Shown: positions 26,699 through 37,885, numbered from the stretch's first letter. The stretch is 64,000 nt of DNA from Candidatus Latescibacterota bacterium (GCA_965207885.1 OZ242311.1:1472001-1536000); one strand, 5' to 3'. Numbers and translations are program-made. Notes: generated from the sequence alone by a model not told the origin.

Positions 26699-29245
26699 CT
26701 AATGCTCATGTCCATGCCCGTGATCGTGCAGGGGCGTATGATCGTGATAAATACCGTGCTTGTGCATCTGCTGGTGCAAGCGATTGTGCGCGGCCTCCAG
26801 CGTGGCGCGCATCTGTTTCAGACGCCTTGCTTTAGGTCGCGGTGCGAGCGTATCCAGATAGGCAATTGCCCCTTCGATTTGTTCCAAAACCGTCGTCGCA
26901 TCCGCCCGTGAAAAAATTGGCCTACCCTCCACAACCACCTGCACGGCACTCGTGTGGGCGGCAATCTCGCCGTGCTGTCCCTTATAACTCCCGCGCACCC
27001 GCAGAGCAATCCACGTCGAATCCTCCACCCGTACCTCCGCACTCCCCGACGCCGATAGGCTCTTATCCACATTCACCTGCTCATGCGTCAACCCGCCCAC
27101 AACGATCTCGACCTGATCAATCGGCAAACGCACCGACGCCACCTCCCACGTCACATTGACCGTCCCGCCAGAGGATGGCAACGCCACCCGTGAACCGGGA
27201 GTCTTCCCTTCCACCTGAATCTCTGCAAGCGGTCCCACCGTCACAAACGTATGGCCCGCCTTTGTCGCCGCCATCCAGTTTTCATAGCTAAACTCGCGAT
27301 TGCCCAAATGCGTATAAGTCCGCACCCCGCCAAGTTGCGAGGCAGCCGCCATCTTATCCGACCCGCCCACAACCGGAATGTGGTATCCCAAATTCAAATA
27401 GCGATACCAATCGGCAATCCCATAGGGATTGATCTGCGCATTGTGGGGATTAAACGTCATCATCTCCATCGCGTGGATCAGACCCAGCACAATATCTGCG
27501 GCGCGTTCGCACTGCGGATTTGGGCCGTGCGGCATCACCACCAGACCACCCTGATCAATACACTGCTGCGCCCACTCCGCCATCGTGACTTCCTGCGCAT
27601 CTCCCAGCGCGGATTCCGACGGTCCCCCCGAACACAGCGGATGAATCATAAGCCCCGAATAGCCCAGCAGCGAAATATGTCCCAGAACCTGCATGCGATT
27701 CTCGGTTCCAACGCGCACGAGAAACTCGCCATCCCCACCAAAATCCCGCGCGCCAAAAGTCGTCTTCCCATCAAAATCCGACACATTGCTGAACATTTCC
27801 CCCCACTGGCTCGCCAGCAAATTCACCACATTCACACCCTCGCCCTCACCTTCCAGAAGCGCGGTTTGCGGACTCAAAAAATGCACATGCGTATCGGCAG
27901 TCACCCACCCCTTTTCTCGCCACTTGAGCACGCGATCAATCTCAAACGTAACAACATCAGTATCGGGACCAACCGTAAACTTCTCGCGAATCGGCGCAAT
28001 CTCATATCCCTTCTGGATATCGACATACACATCGCCCAGAGGCAAGTCTGCCACGCATTCCCCCGGAATATAACAATACTGATTCAACCCATTGACGTGC
28101 TCGCCGTAATTGTCCTCAAACCAGTGCGGATTCACCTTGCGATGATACCCCTTGGGCGGCAAATACTCCCCGGCCTCGCCGTGCATGTGCAACCGCACAG
28201 CAACCGGCGTTTCTGTCCCTCTCTCCACCACCCGAATTGCGACCGGACGATGTGTAGACTGCACCTCGACAATCTGTCTTGCACCTGCCAGATCGTAAGC
28301 CTGCGCCTCCCCATCCCCCTCCACATAAAGCTTCCCCTGCGGGTGTGCGATATACTCGACAACCACCGCAGAAGAAGACCGTTCGGGCTGCACATCCACC
28401 TCCGCGCTCAACCAGCGTTCCGCATCGTAATCCAGCACAGCCCGCGCAGACATCACCACACCCAGATCAATATCGATATTCTCAAGCTCGCCATTCCCGT
28501 TCAACTGCGCGCCCTCGGGCAATTCCAACTTCAATTTTTGGCGCACACCCGGTCGCAGCGGATGATCTGCGACCTGTGTATGCGTGATCCCCAGCACCAG
28601 CGACCGCTCGTTCCTGGGGACCAGTGTCAGATGCCCAATGGACTTTTCCGGATTGGGATTGGGCAACGCATACACCCACAACTTTGCCTGTCCACCATCT
28701 CGTCCCGAACTGTGCCGCGTCTCCGCGCGACCATAAGCCGATGCAGGACGCCGTCCCAAACCGTGTTCGTCCGTAGCCCCCATCACAACACCGGGTTTCG
28801 CCGCAGGCATCGCTGCAAACGCACTTGCCCCCCACCCAATACGAGACTGTTGAATCGCAAACCGGCGCAAAATGCGCGTCGCTTCGGACTCGCCATCTGC
28901 ATATTCCAGCACATAATCCGACACATGATCGCCGAGATCATTACCATCCATAGCAAAATCGGCCAGCCCTTCCTGATAATTACTCACGCGATTCTCGACC
29001 CCGTGCAAAAACACCACATAGCTCGCCTTCACACCGCCCATATCAACGCGCACAACACCGCTATCGAGCAATATACTGTTCGGTTTGCCTGGCGCACCCA
29101 GATCAAATGGCAGACCCAGAACAGATTGCCTACCATACATCGCACCCAAATCTTCGCCACCAAAACCATCCAATTGCACGCGATCCACATTGTAATTTTC
29201 CGCCAGCGAAACAGGCGTAAAATGTTCAGATGGGGGAATAGTCAT
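26699..29245 (-). CDS. CehA/McbA-family (PHP-like) metallohydrolase with His-rich C-terminal tail
   Basis: ADTHVH, GTENR...GHISLLG, WYRYLNLG and GGSD motifs; ends HDHTPLHDHGHGHEH. Confidence 0.75.
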   Translation of the reverse strand: MTIPPSEHFTPVSLAENYNVDRVQLDGFGGEDLGAMYGRQSVLGLPFDLGAPGKPNSILLDSGVVRVDMGGVKASYVVFLHGVENRVSNYQEGLADFAMDGNDLGDHVSDYVLEYADGESEATRILRRFAIQQSRIGWGASAFAAMPAAKPGVVMGATDEHGLGRRPASAYGRAETRHSSGRDGGQAKLWVYALPNPNPEKSIGHLTLVPRNERSLVLGITHTQVADHPLRPGVRQKLKLELPEGAQLNGNGELENIDIDLGVVMSARAVLDYDAERWLSAEVDVQPERSSSAVVVEYIAHPQGKLYVEGDGEAQAYDLAGARQIVEVQSTHRPVAIRVVERGTETPVAVRLHMHGEAGEYLPPKGYHRKVNPHWFEDNYGEHVNGLNQYCYIPGECVADLPLGDVYVDIQKGYEIAPIREKFTVGPDTDVVTFEIDRVLKWREKGWVTADTHVHFLSPQTALLEGEGEGVNVVNLLASQWGEMFSNVSDFDGKTTFGARDFGGDGEFLVRVGTENRMQVLGHISLLGYSGLMIHPLCSGGPSESALGDAQEVTMAEWAQQCIDQGGLVVMPHGPNPQCERAADIVLGLIHAMEMMTFNPHNAQINPYGIADWYRYLNLGYHIPVVGGSDKMAAASQLGGVRTYTHLGNREFSYENWMAATKAGHTFVTVGPLAEIQVEGKTPGSRVALPSSGGTVNVTWEVASVRLPIDQVEIVVGGLTHEQVNVDKSLSASGSAEVRVEDSTWIALRVRGSYKGQHGEIAAHTSAVQVVVEGRPIFSRADATTVLEQIEGAIAYLDTLAPRPKARRLKQMRATLEAAHNRLHQQMHKHGIYHDHTPLHDHGHGHEH

Positions 29246-29257
29246 AATGCACCTCAT

Positions 29258-31126
29258 TTATAAAAAATACCGTTCCTTCTTCACCATCACCTCAAACTCC
29301 TCTCTCGCCTTCTGCACCTCTTCCACTGTTGAAACCTCGGCAACCGGCACATCCCACCAGCTCTCGTAGCCCGGCACGCGCACCTCGCGATCGACCTCCA
29401 CCGCAATCACCGTCGTGCGATCTATAGTTCGCGCCTCTTCAATCGCCCTCATCAACCCTTCTCTACCTTCGGGCCGCAACACATAAGCTCCCAAACTCTC
29501 GGCATTTGTCGCCAAATCGGTCGGCACATTCTCACCATCCAATTGCCCGGTCCGCCCATCGCGCATCTTATACCTTGTCCCAAACTCATCCGCCCCCACA
29601 GCATCCGACAACCCCCCAATACTCGCAAAACCGTGATTGTCCAGCAGCACAATATTCAGCTTAATCCCTTCCTGCACCGCCGTCGCAATCTCCTGCGCCA
29701 TCATCAAATACGACCCATCTCCAACCATCACATACACCTCCCGAAAGGGATCGGCCATCTTAATACCCAACCCCCCGGCAATCTCGTATCCCATGCACGA
29801 ATATCCATACTCGAGGTGGTATCCCTTGGGATTGCGCGTTCGCCACAACTTGTGGAGATCGCCCGGCATACTGCCCGCCGCACAAATCATGACATCCTCA
29901 GGCGCCGAACCTTCATTCACTGCGCCAATCACTTCCCCCTGACTCAAAACGGGTCGATGACCCAAATTGTAAATGCGATCCACCTCAGCCTCCCACGCCT
30001 CCCGAAATGCGACAACCCGCTGTGCCAAATCCCCCGACACGCGATACCCCTGCACCGCTTCTGTCAATTCTTCCAACACCACCCGCGCATCGCCCACCAG
30101 CGGCAATGCCCCGTGTTTGGCCGCATCAAATTCCGCCACATTAATCGCGATAAATTTCACATTTGGATTTTGAAACGCCGTCTTTGAAGCCGTCGTAAAA
30201 TCGCTCAACCGCGTACCAATAGCGATCACCAGATCCGCTTCCCGCGCGACAATATTCGCCCCCGGTGTACCCGTCACACCCACCGCACCCAAATTATTGC
30301 CGTGGTCGTAATTAAGCGCCCCCTTGCCCGCCTGTGTCTCACCCACCGGAATACCCGTCTGCTCGACAAATTCCGCCAGCGCATCTGTCGCCTCGCTGTA
30401 CAACACTCCCCCGCCCGCAATCACCACAGGTTGCACACTCTCCCTGATCCACGCCGCGGCTTTTGACACCAGATCGCGATCTGGCCGGTTGCGCGGCACC
30501 ACCCACACCCGTCTTTCAAACAACGCTTCGGGATAATCAAACGCCTCTGTCTGCGTATCCTGCGGACAACACAGCGTCACAGCACCCGTCTCAACAGGCG
30601 ACGTCAGAACCCGCATCGCCTCGGGCAATGCCAAAACCGCTTGATCTGCCCGATTCAACCGATCCCAGTACCGCGACACCGGCTTAAAGCAATCATTCAC
30701 AGAAATATCCTGCGACGCATTGGACTCCAACTGCTGCAACACAGGTGCCACATTTCGCCGCGCAAAAATATCACCCGGCAGCAACAACACCGGCAAACGA
30801 TTAATCGTCGCCGTTGCCGCGCCCGTCACCATATTCGTCGCCCCCGGTCCAATTGACGTCGTACACGCCAGCGTACCCAACCGATTCTTCATCTTGGCAT
30901 AAGCCGCAGCCGTATGCACCATCGCCTGTTCATTGCGCGTCTGGTAATACCGAAACTCATCGCGATACTCATGCAGTGCCTGACCAATCCCCGCCACATT
31001 CCCATGCCCAAAAATACCCGACATCCCCGCAAAAAAGGGCTGTTCAACCCCATCGCGCGAAACGTACTGCGCCTTCAAAAACTGAACAATCGCCTGTGCC
31101 ATTGTCAATCGTCGCGTCTTTCCCAT
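29258..31126 (-). CDS. iolD: 3D-(3,5/4)-trihydroxycyclohexane-1,2-dione acylhydrolase
   Basis: LTMAQA, IFGHGNVAGIG, RNEQAM, TSIGPGATN, YHLEYGYSCMGYE, TPP motif GDGSYLM and ESWWDVPVAEVS. Confidence 0.95.
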   Translation of the reverse strand: MGKTRRLTMAQAIVQFLKAQYVSRDGVEQPFFAGMSGIFGHGNVAGIGQALHEYRDEFRYYQTRNEQAMVHTAAAYAKMKNRLGTLACTTSIGPGATNMVTGAATATINRLPVLLLPGDIFARRNVAPVLQQLESNASQDISVNDCFKPVSRYWDRLNRADQAVLALPEAMRVLTSPVETGAVTLCCPQDTQTEAFDYPEALFERRVWVVPRNRPDRDLVSKAAAWIRESVQPVVIAGGGVLYSEATDALAEFVEQTGIPVGETQAGKGALNYDHGNNLGAVGVTGTPGANIVAREADLVIAIGTRLSDFTTASKTAFQNPNVKFIAINVAEFDAAKHGALPLVGDARVVLEELTEAVQGYRVSGDLAQRVVAFREAWEAEVDRIYNLGHRPVLSQGEVIGAVNEGSAPEDVMICAAGSMPGDLHKLWRTRNPKGYHLEYGYSCMGYEIAGGLGIKMADPFREVYVMVGDGSYLMMAQEIATAVQEGIKLNIVLLDNHGFASIGGLSDAVGADEFGTRYKMRDGRTGQLDGENVPTDLATNAESLGAYVLRPEGREGLMRAIEEARTIDRTTVIAVEVDREVRVPGYESWWDVPVAEVSTVEEVQKAREEFEVMVKKERYFL

Positions 31127-31148
31127 GTTATCCCTCGTATTGAGATAT

Positions 31149-31919
31149 TCACACCAACACATCCGGCCGGTCGTGTACGCCGGGAGACGCCAAAATCCGC
31201 TTCTGTTGCTCGGTCAACCCCTCATAAACCGAACCATCGTACCCCTTTGGCGCAGAAATCAAATGCCCTGGACCGTATTTGTAAAGCAACACCCTGCGCT
31301 CGTGATCTGCCCGCCACGGCAATGTGCCGTGCACCAGAGCCTCAGTAAAAAAAATCGCATCCCCCGCCTTTGCCTCTGGCTGAACAACATAGTGCGGAAC
31401 CCGCTCAAACCGCTGCACATCTCGCGGCAAATCTATCCGAAAATTGCTCTTGTGGCTACCCCGCACACAGGCAAATCCCCCATCTCCCGCATTGGCGTCC
31501 GACAACACATACGTCAACACCGACAAACCACACTGCATCACGCCATCTCGATATCTGTAATAATGGTGAAACAAATTCGGCTGCCCGCCGTGCAAACTAC
31601 CTCGCTTCCCATTCTTCATCATAAAAATGGCATAATCGTGATCCAGGCGGAACTTCGGTCCCAACAACGCAACGAGATAAGGCAACACTTTGGGATGATC
31701 GATTAAATCCCGACACGCCACATCCCAATCCACAATACTCGGCGCGCGGCGCACACCTTTAGCATTGCCAAATTCATCATCTGCCTCCACATCCCCGTAA
31801 TCCCTGGGAAACGCTCTATCTGCCACCGCATTGAGCACATCCAATTCCTCGCGGCTCAACACATCTTTAATCACCAGATACCCGTCGAGATCAAACATAA
31901 ACTTTTCTTCTGGGGTCAT
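31149..31919 (-). CDS. Phytanoyl-CoA dioxygenase (PhyH) family protein
   Basis: FDLDGYLVIKDVL, GGFACVRGSHK, AGDAIFFTEALVHG and RRVLLYKY. Confidence 0.88.
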   Translation of the reverse strand: MTPEEKFMFDLDGYLVIKDVLSREELDVLNAVADRAFPRDYGDVEADDEFGNAKGVRRAPSIVDWDVACRDLIDHPKVLPYLVALLGPKFRLDHDYAIFMMKNGKRGSLHGGQPNLFHHYYRYRDGVMQCGLSVLTYVLSDANAGDGGFACVRGSHKSNFRIDLPRDVQRFERVPHYVVQPEAKAGDAIFFTEALVHGTLPWRADHERRVLLYKYGPGHLISAPKGYDGSVYEGLTEQQKRILASPGVHDRPDVLV

Positions 31920-31930
31920 ATCGCATACTC

Positions 31931-33067
31931 CTATCGATAGGGCAATGGCCTGGGATCGAGCCATTCAACAACTCGATCTTTAATCGCCCATGCAAAAAAG
32001 AAATTTCCGCGCGGCGTGTGATGCCCGATATAATACGGTTCCAAAAACGCCTGCACATCCCCCCGATATGTCGCGTACTCCTCCCGAAAAGCATCGCGCA
32101 AATCGATCACCGGCACATCCTTTGTCGCCAACCAATCCAAAAACGTCTGGTCAAAAAGCGGCTCACCTTCTAATGCCCGAGCTATATTACTCGAACCAAA
32201 TGACAAAACAACCAGCAACTTTTTCCCATTGGCCTTCGTAAATGCCTCTGCCCTTTCAATCACAAACCGCGTCGCAAACAAAGCCGCCTCGGTATGCAAG
32301 CTATAAACCTCGGCATCCGATCCCGCATTCTCGAGTTCTCCCCCCATACTTTGCGCCATAGCCGACGCATCTTCCGCACTGCCTCTACGCGCCATAACCG
32401 CATGCAAAATCGGATCATCGCCAAAAGTCTCCCACACCCAATCCGCATCGCACAGCCGATAGAGTTCCTCGGGCGTCTTGCACAAATTCTCGCGCTCTTC
32501 CACAGTACCACTTTCCAGATCCACGCGCAAATGCGGCAGCGTAAACCGCCCCTGTCGTCCCATGCGAATGGACCGCCAGGCGTCCAAATTTCGAAAGTGA
32601 TCGTCGTCCCACACATTCAAAATCACGTACTCGGCGGGATACTCCCTCTCCACAATCAACATTCGCCGATACGCCTGATACACACTGTGCCCGCCAATGC
32701 CGTAATTGCGAACAGGTTCCAGCAAATGCGCGGCCAAATACTCCTGCCACGTCTCCCCATTGCTCACCTGATCGCAATGCGTAAAACTATTCCCATACGT
32801 ATGAATACGACACGGGCGATCCGCATAATTGACCACCTGCCGCGCACCGTCTTTCTCATAAGCGTAAAACCCGCGCGAATCATCCACCCCACCACCGCGA
32901 AACCCATCGCAAACCACCCATCCGATCTCCGGATCAAACGCCGACTGCGCATTATTACACATAATCCTCGCCAACTCCGCTGGCACATCTGCCTTCGCAG
33001 GCGTCACAAAATGATCCACCATCTCGCGCGTTGGCATAATCGACTCTAAATATTCGCGCCCTGTCAT
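31931..33067 (-). CDS. SGNH/GDSL-like hypothetical hydrolase
   Basis: YGNSFT block I-like motif, NYGIGG and C-terminal GHHTPRGN; start MTGREYL overlaps the upstream stop. Confidence 0.65.
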   Translation of the reverse strand: MTGREYLESIMPTREMVDHFVTPAKADVPAELARIMCNNAQSAFDPEIGWVVCDGFRGGGVDDSRGFYAYEKDGARQVVNYADRPCRIHTYGNSFTHCDQVSNGETWQEYLAAHLLEPVRNYGIGGHSVYQAYRRMLIVEREYPAEYVILNVWDDDHFRNLDAWRSIRMGRQGRFTLPHLRVDLESGTVEERENLCKTPEELYRLCDADWVWETFGDDPILHAVMARRGSAEDASAMAQSMGGELENAGSDAEVYSLHTEAALFATRFVIERAEAFTKANGKKLLVVLSFGSSNIARALEGEPLFDQTFLDWLATKDVPVIDLRDAFREEYATYRGDVQAFLEPYYIGHHTPRGNFFFAWAIKDRVVEWLDPRPLPYR

Positions 33068-33573
33068 TGCGGGATCCTTTCCTCTCTCTCGTCTCGCTTC
33101 CTGATCAACCGCGCCGGTGTGCCTCCAACCACCGAATACGGTTCCACATCGCGCGTCACAACCGCGCCCGCGCCCACAATACTGTGCGCGCCAATGCGCA
33201 CTCCGCCAATAACCACGGCATTGGCACCAAACCACACATCATCCTCCACGACAATCTCCCGCTTTTGCACCCTTTGTTGCACCATCGGAATATCGATTCG
33301 ATCGTACCCATGTCCCACACTCGCAAAAACCACATGTGCCGCCACCGCCACATAATTGCCAATGGTCAAAGGCCCGTACAACACGCTATACGGCGCAAAA
33401 TGCGTATGGCTACCAATATCGATCCACGCGCCACAGGGATTCACAAAAACCCCATTGTGAAACGCCACATCATCGCCAACACGCACCAATTCTGGATGCC
33501 GGATATCGACCAGCGGATCAAAGTAAACCGACTCGCCAATCGCCTTAAACGCCGATCTGTCTATCTCAAACAT
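33064..33573 (-). CDS. Hexapeptide-repeat acyltransferase (LacA/Maa-like)
   Basis: IVVEDDVWFGANAVVIGGVRIGAHSIVGAGAVVTRDVEPYSVVGGTPARLI. Confidence 0.92.
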   Translation of the reverse strand: MFEIDRSAFKAIGESVYFDPLVDIRHPELVRVGDDVAFHNGVFVNPCGAWIDIGSHTHFAPYSVLYGPLTIGNYVAVAAHVVFASVGHGYDRIDIPMVQQRVQKREIVVEDDVWFGANAVVIGGVRIGAHSIVGAGAVVTRDVEPYSVVGGTPARLIRKRDEREERIPQ

Positions 33574-33788
33574 AAGTGTTCCCCTCCACACACAGATTAA
33601 TCAATTACAGGACGTGATGCAATGGTATTTGCCTCTGCATAAAGCCCGAGTGAAATTCACCACTACCTTCTTTTAAAGTTCTTCATACCACGCGCTATTG
33701 CCGGATAATCTCTATTGTCTGAGGAAGATTGCCTACCTATATTTCGGCATTGCCGCGCCTCATATCACAGTAATTACACGAGGTTTTT

Positions 33789-36446
33789 ATGAAGTTCCTG
33801 ATATTTTTGTTTTTAGCGCCTGCAACCCTGTCTGCCGCCGTGCTCAGCGGCCAGGTGCGCGATGAGAAAACCGGGGAATCGCTGTTCGGCGCAAATGTTT
33901 ATTTGGAAACGCACGCGGGGGGAACAGCCACAGACCTCGATGGAAATTTTGCGATACCCAATGTCAGCGAGGGTAGCCACACGCTCGTCATCAGCTTTGT
34001 GGGCTATAAGGAATATCGCGATACCATCACCGTAAAAGAGGGGATGGGTGCGTTGGTTGTGGCGCTAATGCCCGAAGCCGTGCAGTTTGAAGAGGTCGTT
34101 GTGAGCGCGCCGCGTGCCAAATTGCGCGAAACGCCCATTGCGTTCTCCGATGTGCCAAAATCCGATATAGATCGCAAACTCGGCTCTCGCAGTCTGCCGA
34201 TGCTTTTGAACGATACGCCGGGCGTTTATGCGACCGAGCAAGGCGGTGGCGATGGCGATTCGCGCATCAATGTGCGGGGATTTGACCAGCGCAACATCGC
34301 CGTCATGGTCAATGGCGTGCCAGTCAACAATATGGAAACCGGGTGGGTCTATTGGGTTGACTGGGATGTTCTCAGCGATGTGACGTCGTCCATACAGGTG
34401 CAGCGCGGATTGGGTGCCTCAAATTTGGCGATAGCCTCGGTGGGGGGCACGCTGAATATTGTTACCGATGCCGCCCGTCAACAGCGCGGTTTTAAGATCA
34501 AACAGGAAGCCGCGACCAGTGCCTATTACAAAACCACGGTCAATTTTTCATCGGGCTTACTCAATAAAAAAACCGCGATGAGCATGGGCATTTCACGCAA
34601 AGTTGGCAATGGCATACCCGATCAAACGTGGACAGAAGGGTGGGCGTATTTCGGAGCGTTGAGCTTTTTGGCCTCTGAAACACACAAATTCGAGTTGTTT
34701 GTCGTGGGTACGCCGCAACGCCACGGGCACCGCCTGTTCAAGCAACCCATTGGCACTTTTGATGCCGATTACGCGCGGTCTTTGGGCACTGGCGCAACAG
34801 AAGCGAAAAATTACGGGGTCAATTACAATCCCAACTGGGGATATTCGCCGTTTTCATCTTATCGGGAATTTTTTAACGGCAAGGTGCGCGACGCGCGCGA
34901 CAATGCGACCATTATGGAACGCGAGAACTACTATCACAAAACACAAGCCAATTTGAACTGGTATTGGATACCCAACGATCGGTTTGTTTTGTCCAATGTC
35001 TTTTATTGGGCGCGCGGCAAGGGCGGAGGTCTGGGGCGCCTGGGCGTCAATCCGGGAACCCGGGCAGACGGCAGCATCGACTGGCAGCACGCAGTAGATG
35101 AGTTGAACACGGAACCCGCATCGCGAGCCAATCCCAACCTGGTGCTTGCAGGCGAGGTCGGAGCCTTTGAGGTTGCGGCAAAGACCATTATGCGAAACAC
35201 GGGCAGCCTGCAATACTATTACGGATATTTGGGCACGGGCGAATACGCGCTAACGCCTGCCTATAAGCTCGCCTTTGGCATTGACTTGCGCGGCTATGAG
35301 GGGCAGCACTGGCGCGAAGTGCGAAATTTGATCGGGGCAGATTATTACGTTTTTACAGGAGACAGCAATGCCGCGACTTCTGTGAAACGCCTTGGAGACA
35401 GGATCGCATATCACACCGATGGTCTGACGCGCTGGGGGGGCGGGTTTGTTCAAATCGAAAGGCAGGTAAACGACTTTACGGCATTTTTGAGCACATCGGC
35501 ATCCATAACAGCTTATAAGCGCATCGACTATTTTCGCGCCAGGATCAATGGAGAATGGGATCAGACAGATTGGAAAAGCTTTGGAGGCTATACGCTCAAG
35601 GCGGGAGGCAATTACAATATGACCCCTACGGTCAATGTGTATGCCAATATAGGCTGGCTTTCAACAGCCCCCAAATTTGGATCGGTTTATCACTACGACA
35701 ACAGCCTCTACGACCCCACATTCAATGAAAAAGTGGCGTCTTTTGAGTTGGGCGCAGGCTATCTCAAACGCGGGGTAATAACCGGAAACGTAAACTTCTA
35801 TTACACCAAATGGATCGACCGCTCGTGGCCCAAGAGCATTTACAGCGCAAAGCTCGACCAGAACTTTCGGTTTTTGCTCAGCGGCATTGACGCGCGGCAC
35901 ACAGGCATAGAGTTCGACTTCAAGGCGCGCCCCCATCCCAAGTTGGAGGTGCGCAGCATGGTCTCACTCGGCAACTGGGAATGGCTCAACGATGCGCGCG
36001 CCACATTTTTTCCCGAAGAAGACCCATTGGTTGCAGACACGTTTCAAGTCTATGCCAATGGATTGAAGGTAGGCGACTCGGCGCAAAAAACCCTTGCGCT
36101 GAGCAGTACGGTATTTCCCATGCGCGGGCTTTACACCACGCTGAGCTTGAGGCGATTTATGGATCACTACGCCAAATTCGATCCCGCCAACCGAACAGAT
36201 CCCGATGACCGCCAGCAATCGTGGAAAGTGCCAAATTATAATTTGGCTGATCTCCACGGGGGTTATATCCTGCCCGGCAGTACATTTGGCAATGGCAAAG
36301 TAAAACTGCAATTGCACATCTTCAATTTGTTCGACGCGCGCTATATTTCCGATGCAGACGATGGCGACAACCACGACGCCTCAACCGCGCTCGTCTTCCT
36401 CGGTCTGTCCCGCCGCTGGAATATTTCGTTATCCTACGATTATTAA
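33789..36446 (+). CDS. TonB-dependent receptor
   Basis: Signal peptide, carboxypeptidase-regulatory-like N-domain, plug (SRINVRGFDQRNIAVMVNGVPVN; QVQRGLG) and terminal SYDY. Confidence 0.93.
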   Translation: MKFLIFLFLAPATLSAAVLSGQVRDEKTGESLFGANVYLETHAGGTATDLDGNFAIPNVSEGSHTLVISFVGYKEYRDTITVKEGMGALVVALMPEAVQFEEVVVSAPRAKLRETPIAFSDVPKSDIDRKLGSRSLPMLLNDTPGVYATEQGGGDGDSRINVRGFDQRNIAVMVNGVPVNNMETGWVYWVDWDVLSDVTSSIQVQRGLGASNLAIASVGGTLNIVTDAARQQRGFKIKQEAATSAYYKTTVNFSSGLLNKKTAMSMGISRKVGNGIPDQTWTEGWAYFGALSFLASETHKFELFVVGTPQRHGHRLFKQPIGTFDADYARSLGTGATEAKNYGVNYNPNWGYSPFSSYREFFNGKVRDARDNATIMERENYYHKTQANLNWYWIPNDRFVLSNVFYWARGKGGGLGRLGVNPGTRADGSIDWQHAVDELNTEPASRANPNLVLAGEVGAFEVAAKTIMRNTGSLQYYYGYLGTGEYALTPAYKLAFGIDLRGYEGQHWREVRNLIGADYYVFTGDSNAATSVKRLGDRIAYHTDGLTRWGGGFVQIERQVNDFTAFLSTSASITAYKRIDYFRARINGEWDQTDWKSFGGYTLKAGGNYNMTPTVNVYANIGWLSTAPKFGSVYHYDNSLYDPTFNEKVASFELGAGYLKRGVITGNVNFYYTKWIDRSWPKSIYSAKLDQNFRFLLSGIDARHTGIEFDFKARPHPKLEVRSMVSLGNWEWLNDARATFFPEEDPLVADTFQVYANGLKVGDSAQKTLALSSTVFPMRGLYTTLSLRRFMDHYAKFDPANRTDPDDRQQSWKVPNYNLADLHGGYILPGSTFGNGKVKLQLHIFNLFDARYISDADDGDNHDASTALVFLGLSRRWNISLSYDY

Positions 36447-37866
36447 TGAGCCAGATGCTCATCAAGGGCGGAGCTCAGTCGCCGAAAGACCTGGGGAAAT
36501 TCAGCGGCGACATCGTCCCTTTCATTGCGCTGTAGATCGAACAGCAACTGGGGACGCTCGCGCTGAAGGCGCTCCGTCTCGTCGGACGGCACATGCATCG
36601 GTTCGAAAACATCACCCCCAATGCGCTTTGCCGGATCATAGCCGCGAACCAGCTTGAAACGCCCATCGAAAACCATGCGCCAGGCACTCAGACCGGAAAA
36701 TACCAGGTCTCGATGCCTGCGCGCGCGGGCATCGAGATAATTGACAAGAGAACGGCTATCGAGATCATCACCGGGATCCAAACCGCCCCACTCGATGAAA
36801 CTGGCAGTCAGATCCAGCGTCGTCATCGGCGCGTCGGCGCGTCCGGAAGCCTCCACGCCCGGCCCAGCGATCACCAGCGGAACCCCCACCGACGCCTGCA
36901 GAGGCGACAACTTCTGCCACTGGTCGTAATCGCCGAGCATCTCGCCATGGTCGCTGGTAAACACAATGATCGTGTTGTCGAGATCACCCCTCGCATGCAC
37001 CCGCGCGACGAGACGCCCGAGGCAAGAATCGAGATGTTCGACAGTGGCCGCCCAGTTGCGACGTACCTCCTGGTGCGTCTCGGGCGCGATATCCTCGGTA
37101 TTAAACACGGGAAGAGGAAACTCGACAGGCGGCTCTCGGTACCACCGATGCATTGACTCGGTGATATCCCACGGATGATGGGGATTCTGCAGATTCACCT
37201 CCAAATACCACGGCCTATCGTCGGGCGCCCGATCCAGAAGGGTGAGCGCATTATTGGTAATCCAGGTATCGAATACGCATCGTCGGGAAGTGTCGTCGGG
37301 AAAGTAGCCGTCCACACACCCTCCCGGCTTCGGCGCATGTAATCTGCAATGTGCTCCTCTGCCAGGCCGCGCGCGTGCAAAAACGCCATGTACGCATCCT
37401 GAGGCACCATCTCGTTGTTGCGCATCAAAATGGCCGACTGGTTCAGCCCAGCATTGAAAATGGCATCGGAAAATCCCCATGCCTCCACGCCCTGGCACCC
37501 ATCGACACCACAGTGAAATCTGGCCGGATTCCCCGATTGGTTATTGCCCACATGGTGTTTCCCTGCGCCCATAACATAGTATCCGGCCTCGTCGCGCAGG
37601 CGCAGGTGGTACTTGAACATATTATCGGGGGCATAAGTGCTATTGCCCCAAACGCGCGTGCGATCGTATTCCTGCCCGGCCACCAGGCAAGCCCGCGACG
37701 GGGCGCAAACAGGCGACGGACAGATAGCGTTGGCAAGCCAGACACCGCGCTCGGCGAGTTGCCTCAAATGCGGCGTGCGCACCGGAATATCGGGGTTCAT
37801 CTCGACCCACTCAGGCCGCTGTTGATCCGTTTGGACAAAAAGTATGTTGGGACGTTTGTCCAGCAT
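36443..37866 (-). pseudogene. Sulfatase gene with a single -1 frameshift (pseudogene or sequencing indel)
   Basis: The N-half (RPNILFVQTDQQR, CAPSRAC) is in the 37195..37866 frame and the C-half (PHHPW, SDHGEMLG) in the 36443..37498 frame. Adding one T at about 37273 (TAT TTC GAT) gives ...LPDDAYFDTWITNNAL. Confidence 0.85.
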
Positions 37867-37885
37867 GCGCGTTCACCTTTTCTTT

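Noticed and set aside
27251-29263. 670-aa plus-strand ORF
   Set aside because: Antisense shadow of the metallohydrolase gene, with no recognisable motifs. The same applies to 51002..52318, 62535..63458 and similar ORFs.
33600-33788. Riboswitch (cobalamin/TPP) upstream of the TonB receptor
   Set aside because: No B12-box, TPP core or convincing stem pattern could be seen by eye.
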